This document shows positions 13,128 to 26,055 of a stretch of DNA of 64,000 nucleotides, in pieces. The number at the start of each line of letters is the position of its first letter. Within the stretch, counting starts at the first letter, position 1. The notes beneath the pieces are model-generated. The model was not told where the DNA came from, made no database searches, and saw only the letters and a program-made list of their open reading frames with translations. The position numbers and the translations under genes were made by a program. Source of the DNA: Octopus vulgaris (Eukaryota); assembly GCA_951406725.2 (NCBI GenBank), contig OX597815.1:135098001-135162000 (forward strand), given 5' to 3'.

Positions 13128-14454
13128 TATAAATATATATGCATGTATATATATATGTATGAATATATACATGAAGGAAGAAAATAGAAAAAAGCTTAGA
13201 GAAAAGAAAAACAAAAGAGTGGCATATGCTATAGTAAAAGCTCACGAGGATATGTTTTGTAGAAAAATATAGTTAAGAGTTCTCTAAAAGGGTTTTATGT
13301 ACCTTTTAGAATATGATTAGCTGGCAACAATTATGTAAAGCTTGTACATGTATGTCTTACGCATGCACACACACACACACATACGCGCAAACAGACATAT
13401 GGGCTTCAAAATAAGTGTACGCATCTTACTCTCATTAACTGGACTGTTTGTCTTCTTGCATTTGAATGTGTATTTATGTATGTATTATGTAAAAATGATG
13501 ATGATATATGAAAAAATTATCTGCTGCTAATATTTTACATGCGCATGATATATAAGTTACAACCACATGTATATTACATTATTATATTTACACACACACA
13601 CACACACAATGTACTGTATGTATTCTGTCTGTACAAATATACACAATTACACACAGACACATACAGACACACAACATACTCACAATTGAATAGACAAGTA
13701 CATCTATTTTTAATACATACACATTTTGCTCACTCAAAACACGCATACACACACATAAGTCATACCCTAAGAGATAGTCGTAACCATAAGTTAGTGAGAT
13801 TCTACCCCATCCAGTTTGTAAATGTTACATCCATTAACAGATCTAAAGGTGTCCATTAGCTACAGACATACATCAATTTTCACATGAATCTTAATCTGCA
13901 AATACAGCTGTTAATCCCTCATCCAGCATAGAAGATAAAATAGATCTAAACAACCAAATACAGCTTGTGAGATGAGGTAACATCAACAGAAATCTTAACA
14001 ACAACAATATGATATAAGCAATATATGAAAATATATATATTAATACTTCTTGATTTTTTTTCTCTCTCTTTATTCTTGTTGTTTTTAAGGTGAATTAGCA
14101 GAAGTGGTAGAACAATGGATAAAATGCCTGGTGGTATTTAGCATTCTTTCTTTATGATTTGAGTTCATGTTTCAACAGCTCCTGATTTTACATTTTACCT
14201 TTCTGTGATCAACAAAATAAATACCTTTTCCCCTAAATATGTGGTCCTGTGTTTTTGTCAACTTTGCCTTTCATCCTTATAGTGTCAATAAACTAAGTAC
14301 TAGTAGATATTGAAATCCACCAGTGCTTGTCAAAATCTATACTCATGCATCTAAGTTAGAAATTATTATCACTTTAATTACTAGCAGAAAAACTGACCCC
14401 TGGATATATATATATATATATTTTATTCTAATACAAGATTTGAGCGAGGTTGTT

Positions 14455-14730
14455 CCCAGTGCCACTGGACTGGTTCCTGTGCAGGTGGCACATAAAAAAC
14501 ACCATTTGAGCGTGGTTGTTGCCAGTACCGCCTGACTGGCCCTCATGCTGGTGGCACATAAAAGCACCCATTACACTCTTGGAGTGGTTGGCGTTAGGAA
14601 GGGCATCCAGCTGTAGAAACTCTGCTAGATCAGATTGGAGCCTGGTGCAGCCATCTGGTTCGCCAGTCCTCAGTCAAATTGTCCAACACATGCTAGCATG
14701 GAAAGTGGACTTTAAACGATGATGATGATG
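14455..14730 (+). mobile_element. SINE/LINE-tail family S2
   Basis: ggtggcacataaaa..cacc repeats, ggaagggcatccagctgtagaaac and a (gat)n tail. Confidence 0.85.
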
Positions 14731-15679
14731 GCTTAGTTGGCTAAAACTTTGAAGTCATTATCAACAACATTCTTGTATAAGAATATAAGAACAATAAATT
14801 TGTACTCTACTAAAGTATAGAGTATCCCATCAGATTAATGTAAAATTGTTTGCACAATTACACAATATAACTTAATTTACTTATTTATTTCCTGAGTAAT
14901 CACCATTTTTGCAGAAACAGACAGAAAACTAAAATACTGTCTAGTGTAAATTAATCACATCCTCCTCTCCAATCTATTGGGCATATAGGCATAATTTTTG
15001 TTTGTTGTAATAAAAATAAGATAACAAAACAAAGTCAACAGAAGTAATTAACAGTAATTACTTTTAAAGTTTTCCTGTTATGATGGCAAGAGTGGTTGTA
15101 GTTTTGGAGTTAAGTTAGGAAGGGTGAAAAAGGTTAGAGTGAGGGTCATTTGGTTCCAGGTTAGGTTCTTGGAATTTCTCCTACATTTGTAACAGCATTA
15201 AACATGGTAATTTGATTTTATGACTGTCTTCAAATTTTTGAATGATATTTATGATTTGTTTCTAGTGATTTTAGGTTTATAGGTTTTGTATTTATAGCAC
15301 TGATATCTAATAAACTCAACTGAAGATGACAAAAACTACACTAAGTGGAGTTTACTCACTCATAACGTGTGTATATATGTGTGTGTATCATCATCATCCA
15401 GTGTTTTAAATCCAGCTTTTGTCCCCATTAACAGGGGTGGCCAAATCTACCTCAATGCCATAGCAAACACCCTCAACCATCTCACCCGATTTTGGGCATC
15501 CTCCTTTTTCAAACCAAACCTCCCAATCTCCTCTTCTACCTGTCACCCCACCTTTCCCCTGGTCTATCTCACTTTCACGCTCCATTTACCTCAAACTCAA
15601 TCACCCTCCTCAACACATGGCATACCACCTCACTCCATTCGCCATATGTATATATATATATATATAAAGAGTAAAAGTC

Positions 15680-15995
15680 CCCTTTGGTTATGAATGACCA
15701 TGGGATTGCACTTATAAAATTACCCTCCAAGGCACAAAATGTTTAAGGAAGACCAACAGTTGCCCATGCATACCAGCCTCCCCTCTCCACACCACTGTTA
15801 TCTAAGGGAAAGGCAAAGGCTGATACAGCTTGGCACCAGTGACATCACAACTCATTTCTACAGTCAAGTGAACTGGAGCAACTTGAAATAAAGTGTCTTG
15901 CTCAAGAACACAACACACAATCCAGTCTGGATATTGCACTCACTACCTCATGATTGTGAGTCCAGCACTCTAACGACTGAAGCATTTGCCTTCAC
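15680..15995 (-). mobile_element. CORE-like SINE family S4b
   Basis: Homologous to 19745-20055 (+) and 30525-30855 (-). Confidence 0.8.
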
Positions 15996-16045
15996 TATAT
16001 ATGCATGTGTGTGTGTATTTGTATGTAAATTTTCATACATATAAA

Positions 16046-16076
<31 letters not shown>

Positions 16077-18008
16077 ATATATATATATATATATATATGC
16101 ACATATATACATATATATATGTACACATGTAAATATACATATAGCAAATTAAGACTTATTCGAGGTAGGAATTTTACAGCCTGATGGTTTTCTTGCTACC
16201 AACATTTACCAGCTTTTAACTGTTTTGCAAGTAATGGATTTTGTATGCTAAAGGTCTTCAAGAGTGCAGGACAAGTGAACACAATATTAAAAACATTCAT
16301 GCACATTTGTATGCATGTGGAAGCATGCACACACATGTGCACACATGCGCGTACACACACAACGCAGTCGGCCTGGATACTACACTCAAATGGAAAATGT
16401 ATAGAAATGTGATCATGTTCACTAGAATGCATAGGTCTACTCAATTATGCTGCCCCAGAATTAAAGAATGACAAATTGTTTTATAATTCATTCAAAACAA
16501 ATAATCCATTAAATAAATCTCATGAGCAAATAAAAAATTTAGACTGATCTGAACATTAAGACAGTTATTTATACAATAAATAGATATGGTTATGATAGTG
16601 TATCCCTCTTATATACATACATATATATATGTAAGTAAATGCACGTAGATATGTAAAAGAAATGCATTAACAATATGAAGTTCAAAACAAAGTAAAAAGC
16701 TTAATTAAGCTCTGCTACTTGTAATTGGAAATGGAATGTTCTGAAATATACACCAATAGTAACTGTTACATAATTTTCATTTTAAATTAAAAGTTAATCT
16801 GTAGCAAATGTGAGAATAAATTAATTTCCTGCTTAGTTTTCTGTTAGTAACTTATAATTTTAAGTAATGTTCAGGGTACAAAATTCAAGTAAACAGAGCA
16901 TCATGGCAAAAACAAAGAATGTAAATGGATCTTTGGGGAGAGAATGCTGTGTATACAGAAATTTTGTGGAGGTATAATGAATAAAATTTCCTTATTTTTT
17001 ATCTTTGTAGTAATAAAATACTGATATAAAACATATACATAATAAGCATGCTAAAAATGTCTTAGGTTATTTTAATCATAGAAGTACAGTGTACCATTAA
17101 TGTAACTTAAGTCATTTGAATATTTAATTAAAGCATGAAATGAGAATTTCCGTTCCTGTTTAATTTTCTTCATTCGTAGGATGAGTATTAAGTAATACAG
17201 ATATTTACATTCTACAGATATTTTCTGTTTCTGATTGGTTTTGAAATAATTACACACATTTTAAACAGGATATAAAGTTATAATAGGAAATGTTTTCAGG
17301 ATGGCTTCATACAAACTGAAACATTTCATTTACAGATTGCTATACTTTCAGACACCCTTGGACAAAAATGATACCAAATTATTTTAAATATGAAATTTTA
17401 AAAAAATATGAAAAACAAAAAATCAGAAAAAACATCTAATTACATATTATGTGGCAAAACATTCCACATATCATTTGCGTGTGAATAAATAAATTCTTGG
17501 CTTTCAGTCAAACCTTGTGCTTTCATGCTTTGATTAATTAGAAAAACATATGACTATGTCTGGTTATATATGTATATACATTGGTGTAATTCTGCATTAA
17601 ATTTGATTTTGTTAATAGAAACCAGCATGGCATCTCTGAGTACAACCATCATATACATGTAAAACAGGTTTTGAATAGTAAAGTGAACCTGGTATAAATT
17701 ACAGTTTTACATATCTTTTTAAAATTTCAATTGTCTCCCTTGCAAGTTTATTACTGGTTTGTGTTTATTTTACCAAAAGTGATTGGGATATTCTTAGCAA
17801 TCAAGGTCTTGACAGTTTTACACAATGACAGTTCCATTGAAAACAATTCTGTGTGTGTGTATTTGGCAAGTCTAAGATGGCATTGTTGTTTTTTTTAAGT
17901 TACCAAACTGAACAAAAGGAAATACATTAGAAAAAGTAATTTTAAGATAAAAAAAAAATCCTTATCTGCCCTGTATACAGTGAGATCTGGAATGAATATT
18001 TGCATCTC

Positions 18009-18231
18009 TTATCATTTATCTTTCACTTGTTTCAGTCATTAGACTGTGGCTATGTTGGGGCACTGCCTTGAAGAATTTTTAGCCAAATGAATTGACCCTT
18101 GTACTTTTTTTTAAGCCTGGTACTTATTCAATTGTTCTCTTTTGCTGAACTGCTAAGTTATAGGGACATAAACACACAAGCACCAGTTGTCAAGCAGTGG
18201 TGGTGGGTGACAAACACAGACAAAAAGACAA

Positions 18232-18262
<31 letters not shown>

Positions 18263-18428
18263 CACACACAATGGGCTTCTTTCAGCTTCAGTCAACCAAA
18301 TCCACTCACAAGGTTTTGGTTGGCCCGAGGCTATAGTAAAAGACACTTGCCTAAGGTACCATGCAATGGGACTGAATCCAGAACCAAGTGGTTGGGAAGC
18401 AAGCTTTTTACTACACAGCCATGCCTGC
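18009..18428 (-). mobile_element. SINE family S1
   Basis: Full-length reverse copy of 61685-62100. Confidence 0.9.
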
Positions 18429-18555
18429 ATGTTTTTCACAGGTCTAAGCAGGTTCAGAAAAATTATACTGGTCGCTGTGGAGTATATGATAAGAGAATAA
18501 ATGCTCTTTTTTATGATGATCCCATGTTCAACACACTTGGCTTATTGGTAGAAGA

Positions 18556-18602
18556 CATTCAGGGTCATTGGTGTTTCAACATGTGTCTCATCAGTCAGAA
18601 GC
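18556..18602 (-). ncRNA. Type I hammerhead motif C1
   Basis: gcttctga-CTGATGA-GAC acat GTT-GAAA-caccaatgac|cctgaatg: intact CUGAUGA and GAAA, mutated cleavage site. Confidence 0.7.
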
Positions 18603-18754
18603 AGTAGGAACTCTGAATCTAAACAAAGCCAGCAGCTTTGTTTCTACTTTAGTGCACAAATTGTTTGCTGCTTGGTAATTATATCTGCCAAGTAATACAA
18701 AATTGTTGTATGCACCATTTACAGTGAGATCAAGAATAATTATTCATATTTTTA

Positions 18755-19116
18755 GGTATGGCTGTGTCATAAGAAGCTTGCTTCCCAACCACATGGTTCT
18801 AGGTTCAGTCCCACTGTAGCACCTTGGGCAAGTGTCTTTTAATAAAGCCTCAGGCCAACCTTGTGAGTGGATCTGGCTGATGGAAATTGAAAGGAGCCCA
18901 TGTCTTTGTATCTGTGTTTGTCACCCCATCACTGCTTGACAACAGGTGCTGGTGTGTTTATGTCCCTGTAACTTAGTGGTGTGGCAAAAGTGACCAATTT
19001 GAATAAGCACTAAGCTTTAAAAAAAAATAAGTCCTGGGGTTGATTTGCTTGACTAAAACTCTTCGAGATGGTGCTCCAGCATGGCCGCAGTCAAATGACT
19101 GAAACAAGTAAAAGAG
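18755..19116 (+). mobile_element. SINE family S1
   Basis: ggtatggctgtg...ggtgctccagcatggccgcagtcaaatgactgaaacaagtaaaaga. Confidence 0.9.
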
Positions 19117-19231
19117 TAAATCTAAGCAGATTTGGATGCAAATATTTTGGTTGCTGTAACATATGTCACAGAATAAATTCTGCCATTTGTGATGACAGTG
19201 TGTTGAACACACTTGGCTCATTGATGCATGT

Positions 19232-19281
19232 CATTATGGGATACTGGTGTTTCAATATGTTGTGTCTAGTAAGCCAGAGGC
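19232..19281 (-). ncRNA. Type I hammerhead motif C2 (degenerate)
   Basis: gcctctgg-CTtActA-gacacaacatatt-GAAA-caccagtATC|ccataatg. Confidence 0.55.
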
Positions 19282-19566
19282 AACTGGAATTCTGAGCTTA
19301 AAACAAAGTTGCAGGCTTTGTTTATGCTTTCTGTACACAAATTGCTTGCTATCAATGCTTATTTCTGCCAACCAATAAAAAAACTGTTATGTGCACTATG
19401 TTAAGAATATGGAAATAATCATTCCAAATCTTGATGTAATCAGTGCAAATTTTATAATTTTTTTTTTTCTGTTGGTTGGCAGATATAGGCATCAATTAGC
19501 AAATAATTTGTTCACTGAAGGTATAAACAAAGTCACTGGCTTTGATTAGGTTCAAGAGTTTTGGCT

Positions 19567-19614
19567 GCTTCTGGCTGACAAGACACATGTTGAAACACCA
19601 GTATTCCAGAATGC
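19567..19614 (+). ncRNA. Type I hammerhead motif C3 (in the inverted copy)
   Basis: gcttctgg-CTGACaA-GAC acat GTT-GAAA-caccagtATT|ccagaatgc; stem I ttctgg/ccagaa. Confidence 0.7.
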
Positions 19615-19744
19615 TGTGCAGCAATAAGCTGTCATCCTAAAGGGGAGTAGTTATTCTCCTATACAGTGACCAGTGTATTTTGCATCTCAAGCTGCCTAGA
19701 CATGTTAAAAATAAATATGTTAATAATCATTAATTTTAAAATAA

Positions 19745-20055
19745 GGTGCATGGCTCAGTGTTGAGCTTACGATTGTGAGGTTGTGAGCTCGAATCCTGGA
19801 CCAGGCTGCGTATTGTGTTCTTGAGCAAGAAACTTTATTTCATGTTGCTCCAGTTCACTCAGCTGTAGAAATGAGTTGCGATGTCACAGGTGCTAAGCTG
19901 TATTAGCCCTTGCCTTTCCCCTGGTGAGGGGAGGCCGGTATGCATGGGCGACTGCTGGTCTTCCATAAAAAAACAACCTTGCCTGGACTTGTGCCTGTGA
20001 GGGTAATTTTCTAGGTGCAATCCCATGGTCTATGTCGTGACCGAAGGGTGTCTCA
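19745..20055 (+). mobile_element. CORE-like SINE family S4b
   Basis: tRNA-like head tggctcagtg...ctcgaatcctgg followed by the tgtgttcttgagcaagaaactttatttc core. Confidence 0.8.
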
Positions 20056-20779
20056 GAAATCTAACTAGAAAAAATAAATTTATACTGCTTTGCATTCCAT
20101 ACACAAAATCATATATATATTAAACCCACATAACAGCAGAGCCTTAGCATGGCTGCAGCTCTTGAGCTGAAACTATTAAAGCAAAACAAAAAAACATTTT
20201 AAAGCAAGGCAGCTTTTGTATCTATGTAAATCGTTTTAACCCATACTTTGTATGTGTTGATCTTTACACTCAATTGTTTTTGTGTGGAATTGTTGGAAAA
20301 ACTCTTTAAAAGATAATAATGAAATGCACAAAAAATGTAACTTTAAGATTTATTATAATCTAGAATCTTGTCATATAAAACTATGAGTGGTTTTGCAACA
20401 AGTTGTGTTTATTTGATTAGATCATTGATTAAAATAAATATAATCACATTTTTATGCAAACAATGTTTCATTACAATTATCTACATAAATACATTTTAAA
20501 ATACCAGCACACAACAGGTTTGTTTAGGCTAGCTATGGTTTATTTAAATTTGCCATGGAACCAGATATAGCTATGTTCCATAGAACCTAGTCTAAGAAAA
20601 AACAGTGGACTGTTACTAGCAATAATTATCGTAAAACACTTTTTTATTTGAAATATATTATTATACTGGGGACTGATGTCTACAGCACAAGATCAATTGT
20701 ACTGTATTTTGAACAGTTATACACACACACACACACACATACATACATAAATAAATAAATACATACATACATACATACA

Positions 20780-20980
20780 TAGTTGAAATTTACAAAAAAA
20801 CTAAAGAGAAAAAGAGGTGTATAAATATCAAACAGGTGTATTAGTTTAATGCTCGGGAAGATGAGAAAGTCTTTTATGTTTCAAGCCTATGCTCTTCAAC
20901 AGAAAGGAACACAAATAAATAAACAGAGAGAAAATAAAAAAAAAGCTTTAGGAGCTATTGGTCAATCATGGCAGTCAATC
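20780..20980 (-). mobile_element. ~200-nt dispersed repeat with minimal hammerhead (20871-20907)
   Basis: cttt-CTGTTGA-a-GAGC atag GCTT-GAAA-cATA|aaag; homologous to 48757-48930 and 50458-50650. Confidence 0.7.
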
Positions 20981-21034
20981 ATATATACACATACACATAT
21001 ATATATATATATGTATTTATGTATGTATATAAGG

Positions 21035-21177
21035 ATAAAGGTGAAACCAATTATTGATATTATGAATGCAGTTAATGCACGTTTCTAAGCAGTTACATAA
21101 GATATCCTTTACATAACTACTAGAAATGTGTGTATTAATTACATTCAAAATATCAACAATTGGTTTTGTGTCTTTAT
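21035..21177. repeat. Imperfect ~140-bp palindrome (foldback MITE-like)
   Basis: ataaag..aaaccaattattgatattatgaatgcagttaat.. pairs with ..attaattacattcaaaatatcaacaattggtttt..ctttat. Confidence 0.7.
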
Positions 21178-22432
21178 ACTCATATCATGCATCTCCTTTT
21201 CATAACCATCTAATCTGTCCTCACTTTGACAATATTATTTAATACAACAAAGATATAGGAATGTAATGATTAATTGGACTTGAGTTAAAAGGATCAGGTA
21301 AAGTATATTGCATCAAATTACAACACTATACACACACATATATATAGTCATGGCTATGTGGTTTGTTATGCAACCAGGTATTTGGGGCTCAGCCCCACTA
21401 GCACTTTGAACAAGTATCCTTCTGCTAGGGAATTCTGTGTAGACTTAATAGACGGAAGCTGAAAGAAACCAGTTGTGTGTGTGTGTGCAATGAAAATTAT
21501 ATTAGTGAAAACAATATAAAATATTTACAGATTATACACATGAACTAATATATACATGTGTGTTTATCTGTACACACACATGTATGCATGCATGTGTGTG
21601 CATTTCCTAGAATAAATTCAGCATTTTCCTTGCATCTTCATTTAGATTAGTAAATTATAAGTAGATACAGAAATGTACACAAAAATGTGAAAAACAAGTT
21701 TTCTAAATATATATATCTATACAAACACAAGCATATACATACACAGCAGACACATGCATACATAGACAGTATCCCACATTAGATTACTTGACTGGTCTAT
21801 AATGGAAATTGACTTCTTGAACCTAAAAAGCTGCATGATCCTGGTATTCACCACAAGCTTCCCTTTTCACAGTACTAACTCGAGATTTATTAAACCATAT
21901 AAATTCACATTTATACCAATAATTATTAGGTACATTTGGGTATGTTGGTAGATGTTTAATGGACAATGTGGAAAAGCTAAGATTATTGGGCTAAGAAAGA
22001 GACCAGCTAATAAACACTTTAGAGATGCAACCAGTAAGAATAGTAAAATTAAACAAGACTTTTCTGAAGTCCAACTTATCATCGTTATCATAGAAATACT
22101 GGTAATGGATGTTTACTTCTTTGCTAGAAACAAGCGCTTTTTTTTTTTGTAGAAAGAATTCAAATATTTAAAAAAAGGAGGAAAACAAATACATTTAATC
22201 ATTTTTACACATACATGTATGCTTCAGTGAAAAGAAAACCACACCAATGGAATAAATGATTAAAAAGGAAACAAATATTCAACAAGCAAACCCGATATTT
22301 CAATCACCACAACGAAGACAATTTCTATTCTCAAACTGATGAAAGAATGGTAAAATGTCCAAACATTAAATTAAAAGTTGTAAAAAAAAAGAAGAAAAAA
22401 TCCCCCAGAAAAAGAAACTCTGTAGTACTTAC

Positions 22433-22479
22433 ATATTTTAATATGGCAAGAAAAGTATTCCAAATGATTGTATAGGTAA
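22433..22479 (-). CDS. Candidate 47-nt internal exon of an unidentified gene
   Basis: tttcatgtttttatttgacAG|TTACC...AAATAT|GTAAGT. Open frames xTYTIIWNTFLAILKY or YLYNHLEYFSCHIKI. Supported by splice signals only. Confidence 0.35.
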
Positions 22480-23919
22480 CTGTCAAATAAAAACATGAAA
22501 GAAAATATATTAATAGGTAAACAAAGATGTATTTATGAATTATTCTGTTACCTCTCTCTCTCTCTTAAGCAAATGTTGCATTTATATACTATCTAAGGAT
22601 GCTAGATCCACCTGTCCATAGGTAGACAGATGGTTTGTTGCCAGTATCATGAATGGAGATACAGTTGTTTGACCAACTGAATTACTTGCTCATTGAATCA
22701 ACATGCAAGTGGGTGAGCATTCCATAGACAGGTGTACCTTTAACATAATTAACAGAGTGTGACAAGACTATATCTTTGAATTACAGTTACAATCCATACA
22801 ATGGGTTTCTATACAGTTTCCATCTATCAAATTTTACTGACAGTGTATGGGACCACCCTCAGCTGTCAAAAATGTCAAATATCCAAGATGCTATGCAGTG
22901 GAACTGACATAGGATGTTGCAAAGTGAGCTTCTTAATAATTTGGGTATATTGTACCAATACACACACACACGGGTGGCAGTGATGACTAGAGGTGGAAAT
23001 TAGGTGAGGAAATCAATCTTAGGTTTGCTTAAATGAGAGGGTCTTCCTGAGTACTGCATACTACAAATCATTCTGTCATTTGTCATTTTCTTCACAAGGT
23101 TCAAAGTCCTATGATTAGCCTTCACTACTGTGTTCCATGTCTTCTGGGGTTTCCCCTCTTCCATAAGTTCCATCCATTTTAAGTGATCAGCACTTTTTTT
23201 ATACAGCTGTCCTCATTCACATGCATCACATGTCCATATCAATGCAATTTTCTTTCTTGTATACTACATCCAATTCCTCTTATGTCTAATTTTGCTCTCA
23301 ACATATTTCATCATCATTTAACATTCGTTGTCCATGGGTTGGAAGGTTTGACCAGGGCCTCAAGCTGGAAGGTTGCACCAGAATCCAGTCTGATTTGGCA
23401 TGGTTTCTATGGCTGGATGCCTTTCCTAATGCCAACCACTCAGAGTGTAATGGGCGCTTTTATGTGCCACTGACACAGTTGCCATTTGTGTGATACCAGT
23501 ATCTGCTGCGACTGTGATTTTACTTGGCTTGATGGGTCTTCTCATGCATCACATAATGCCAAAAGTCTTGGTCATTGCCTCTGTGAGGCCCAACATGCCA
23601 AAATGAAGTGAAGAAATTAAAAGACAAAACATATGAAATACCGGCTTGTACTTTGTTATTCTTGTACAGGTTTGGTAGAATAGTATACTTAATATATGAG
23701 TATATACATAATTTTTTTTAATTGGCATAATTACTATTATTATTGAAGAGTCACATTATAATCAAAAACTTTCAAAATCCACCCCTTAAGCAAAATCCAC
23801 TCCCTTAGTGGGAGTAAAGAGAAAATTATTATGAGAAATATGCATATACAAATACATAGACATATGTTTTAATACAAATAAACATGGACAAATGCAATAC
23901 AATATATATAGACACACAT

Positions 23920-24160
23920 TTCTCGTGCCAGTGGCATGTAAAAAGCACCATCTGATCGTGGCCGTTTGCCAGTCTCATCCCGCACGTAGAAGCACCCACT
24001 ACACTCACAGAGTGGTTGGCATTAGGAAGGGCATCCAACCATAGAAACACTGCCAGATCAGACTGGGCCTGGTGCAGCCTTCTGGCTTCCCAGACCCCAG
24101 TTGAACCATCCAACCCATGCTAGCATGGAAAGCGGATGCTAAACGATGATGATGATGATG
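23920..24160 (+). mobile_element. SINE/LINE-tail family S2
   Basis: Same core and (gat)n tail as the other S2 copies; a reverse copy lies at 23308-23600. Confidence 0.85.
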
Positions 24161-24190
24161 TATGAGTGTGTCTGTGTATGTGTGTCTGTA

Positions 24191-24251
<61 letters not shown>

Positions 24252-24374
24252 ATATATATACATATACACAAATAGTCTATGTAAAATATGGATGCATGTG
24301 CATAAATAAGTCATTTATATTTTATGGTTTGAAAGAATCTAACATATTTATTTCTTGGGATTCTCTGAGATTAA

Positions 24375-24600
24375 TACCTCTGAGAACCTCCTTCATATGA
24401 AAGGTATTTTTGCTATTTTGTGCATCCATTGTTTACACTGGGTACACTCTATGGAGTTTCTTCCTACTCCTTACCTACAGAAACCTCTCATCTGGAAATA
24501 CAATTGGGAGGCATTGCTGATTTGGAACAAGTTCTACATGCATGATAGCACTATTCACTGACTCTGTCTGAGAGATAGAAGATCCTTCATACTCGCCTTC
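24375..24600 (-). mobile_element. RTE LINE fragment (Cys-rich region)
   Basis: Reads CR*GVGRNSIECTQCKQWMHK. Confidence 0.65.
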
Positions 24601-25626
24601 AGTGATGTGTATTACTGAGTTGTGATCCTATATCAAAATGACTGTCGCTGCACTTACGATAGGGGTTTTATTCTGTCTACTGGCTATAGCAAATGAGATT
24701 ATATGATGGACAAGATAAAAAGAGCTGAAGTCAGATATTTTTATCTTCGGCCTGGTACACATCAACTTCTTAGAGTTCCACTTGGAGAGGAAGCTAAGAG
24801 GGGAGAAGGAGATGCTTTTTTCCACTGAATTTGTTGGAAAGTTGTTTGGCTTTAGGTCAGTCCTGATTGGACAGATTTATGTTAGCACGCTGGGAAAAAT
24901 GCTTAGTGCATTTTATCTGCCTTTACATTGTGAGTTCAAATTCTGCAATGGTTGACTTTGCCTTTCATCCTTTTGCGGTCTATAAAATGAGTACCAGTTG
25001 AGCACCAGGGTCGATGTAATCAACTTACCGATCCCCTGAAACTGCTGGCATTGTGCCAAAATGTGAAACCAATATTTCCTTTATCAGAGGCTCTTGTGAC
25101 GAAAAAAAAAAAACAACAAAAAAGAAATTTCTAATATTATGATATATTTGATTATTTGTTCCCCCTCATTGTCTCCTTCTACACACAAGGTAAAACTCCC
25201 GCTTTATTGCAATTTGTCCTTGTAATGCCTACCCACCAAAAAAAAAAAAAAAAAAAATCACCCTTATCAGTTGACTCAAATATCAACCAACTGAGAATAA
25301 CATACAGTACACAGTGTTTTCATTTTGAACATCACTTTCTTATATTTATTTATTTACTTTTGCCAACTCTATGAAATATTAGCAACTAGGTTGCAATGTC
25401 CTGTGCTGCCAAAAACAACAACCTTTTTTAAATGTCGGGCAATGACACTGAGTCTTGTTGAAGGCACTCCGCCACCAGACAGATCTAAGCAGCAACAATG
25501 CAAAACCACCCCAGTCACTTAATAAAATCTTCCCTCCTTTGCTGAATGGAGAAGCAAGCACAAATAACTGCACAGTGAAAACATATCTGACAGAATTGTT
25601 TGGTTGTCTATGTATCTGCTTCCCCC

Positions 25627-25627
<1 letters not shown>

Positions 25628-25719
<92 letters not shown>

Positions 25720-26055
25720 CACACATACATATATATATACATACATATATATATACATACACATACATATATACACATATACATACATATATATATACAC
25801 ATACATATATATATACACATACATATATATATACACATATATATATATACATATATATACACACATACATATATATATACACATACATATATGTATACAC
25901 ATACATATATGTATACACATACATATATGTATACACATACATATATGTATACACATACATATATATACACACACATATATATACACACACATATATATAC
26001 ACACACATACATACACACATGCACAAATATATATGCACATGCACACACACACACC
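25628..26055. repeat. Compound (TG)n/(TA)n/(TACACATACATATA)n microsatellite
   Basis: Directly visible; source of several spurious ORFs. Confidence 0.97.

Larger units (their letters stand above)
17965..19710 (-). mobile_element. Retrozyme/pLTR-like array: about 2.2 tandem units of ~320 nt plus an inverted unit, interrupted by two SINEs (element C)
   Basis: Homologous blocks 18440-18752 and 19118-19450; inverted block 19460-19710; three hammerhead motifs. Confidence 0.8.
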
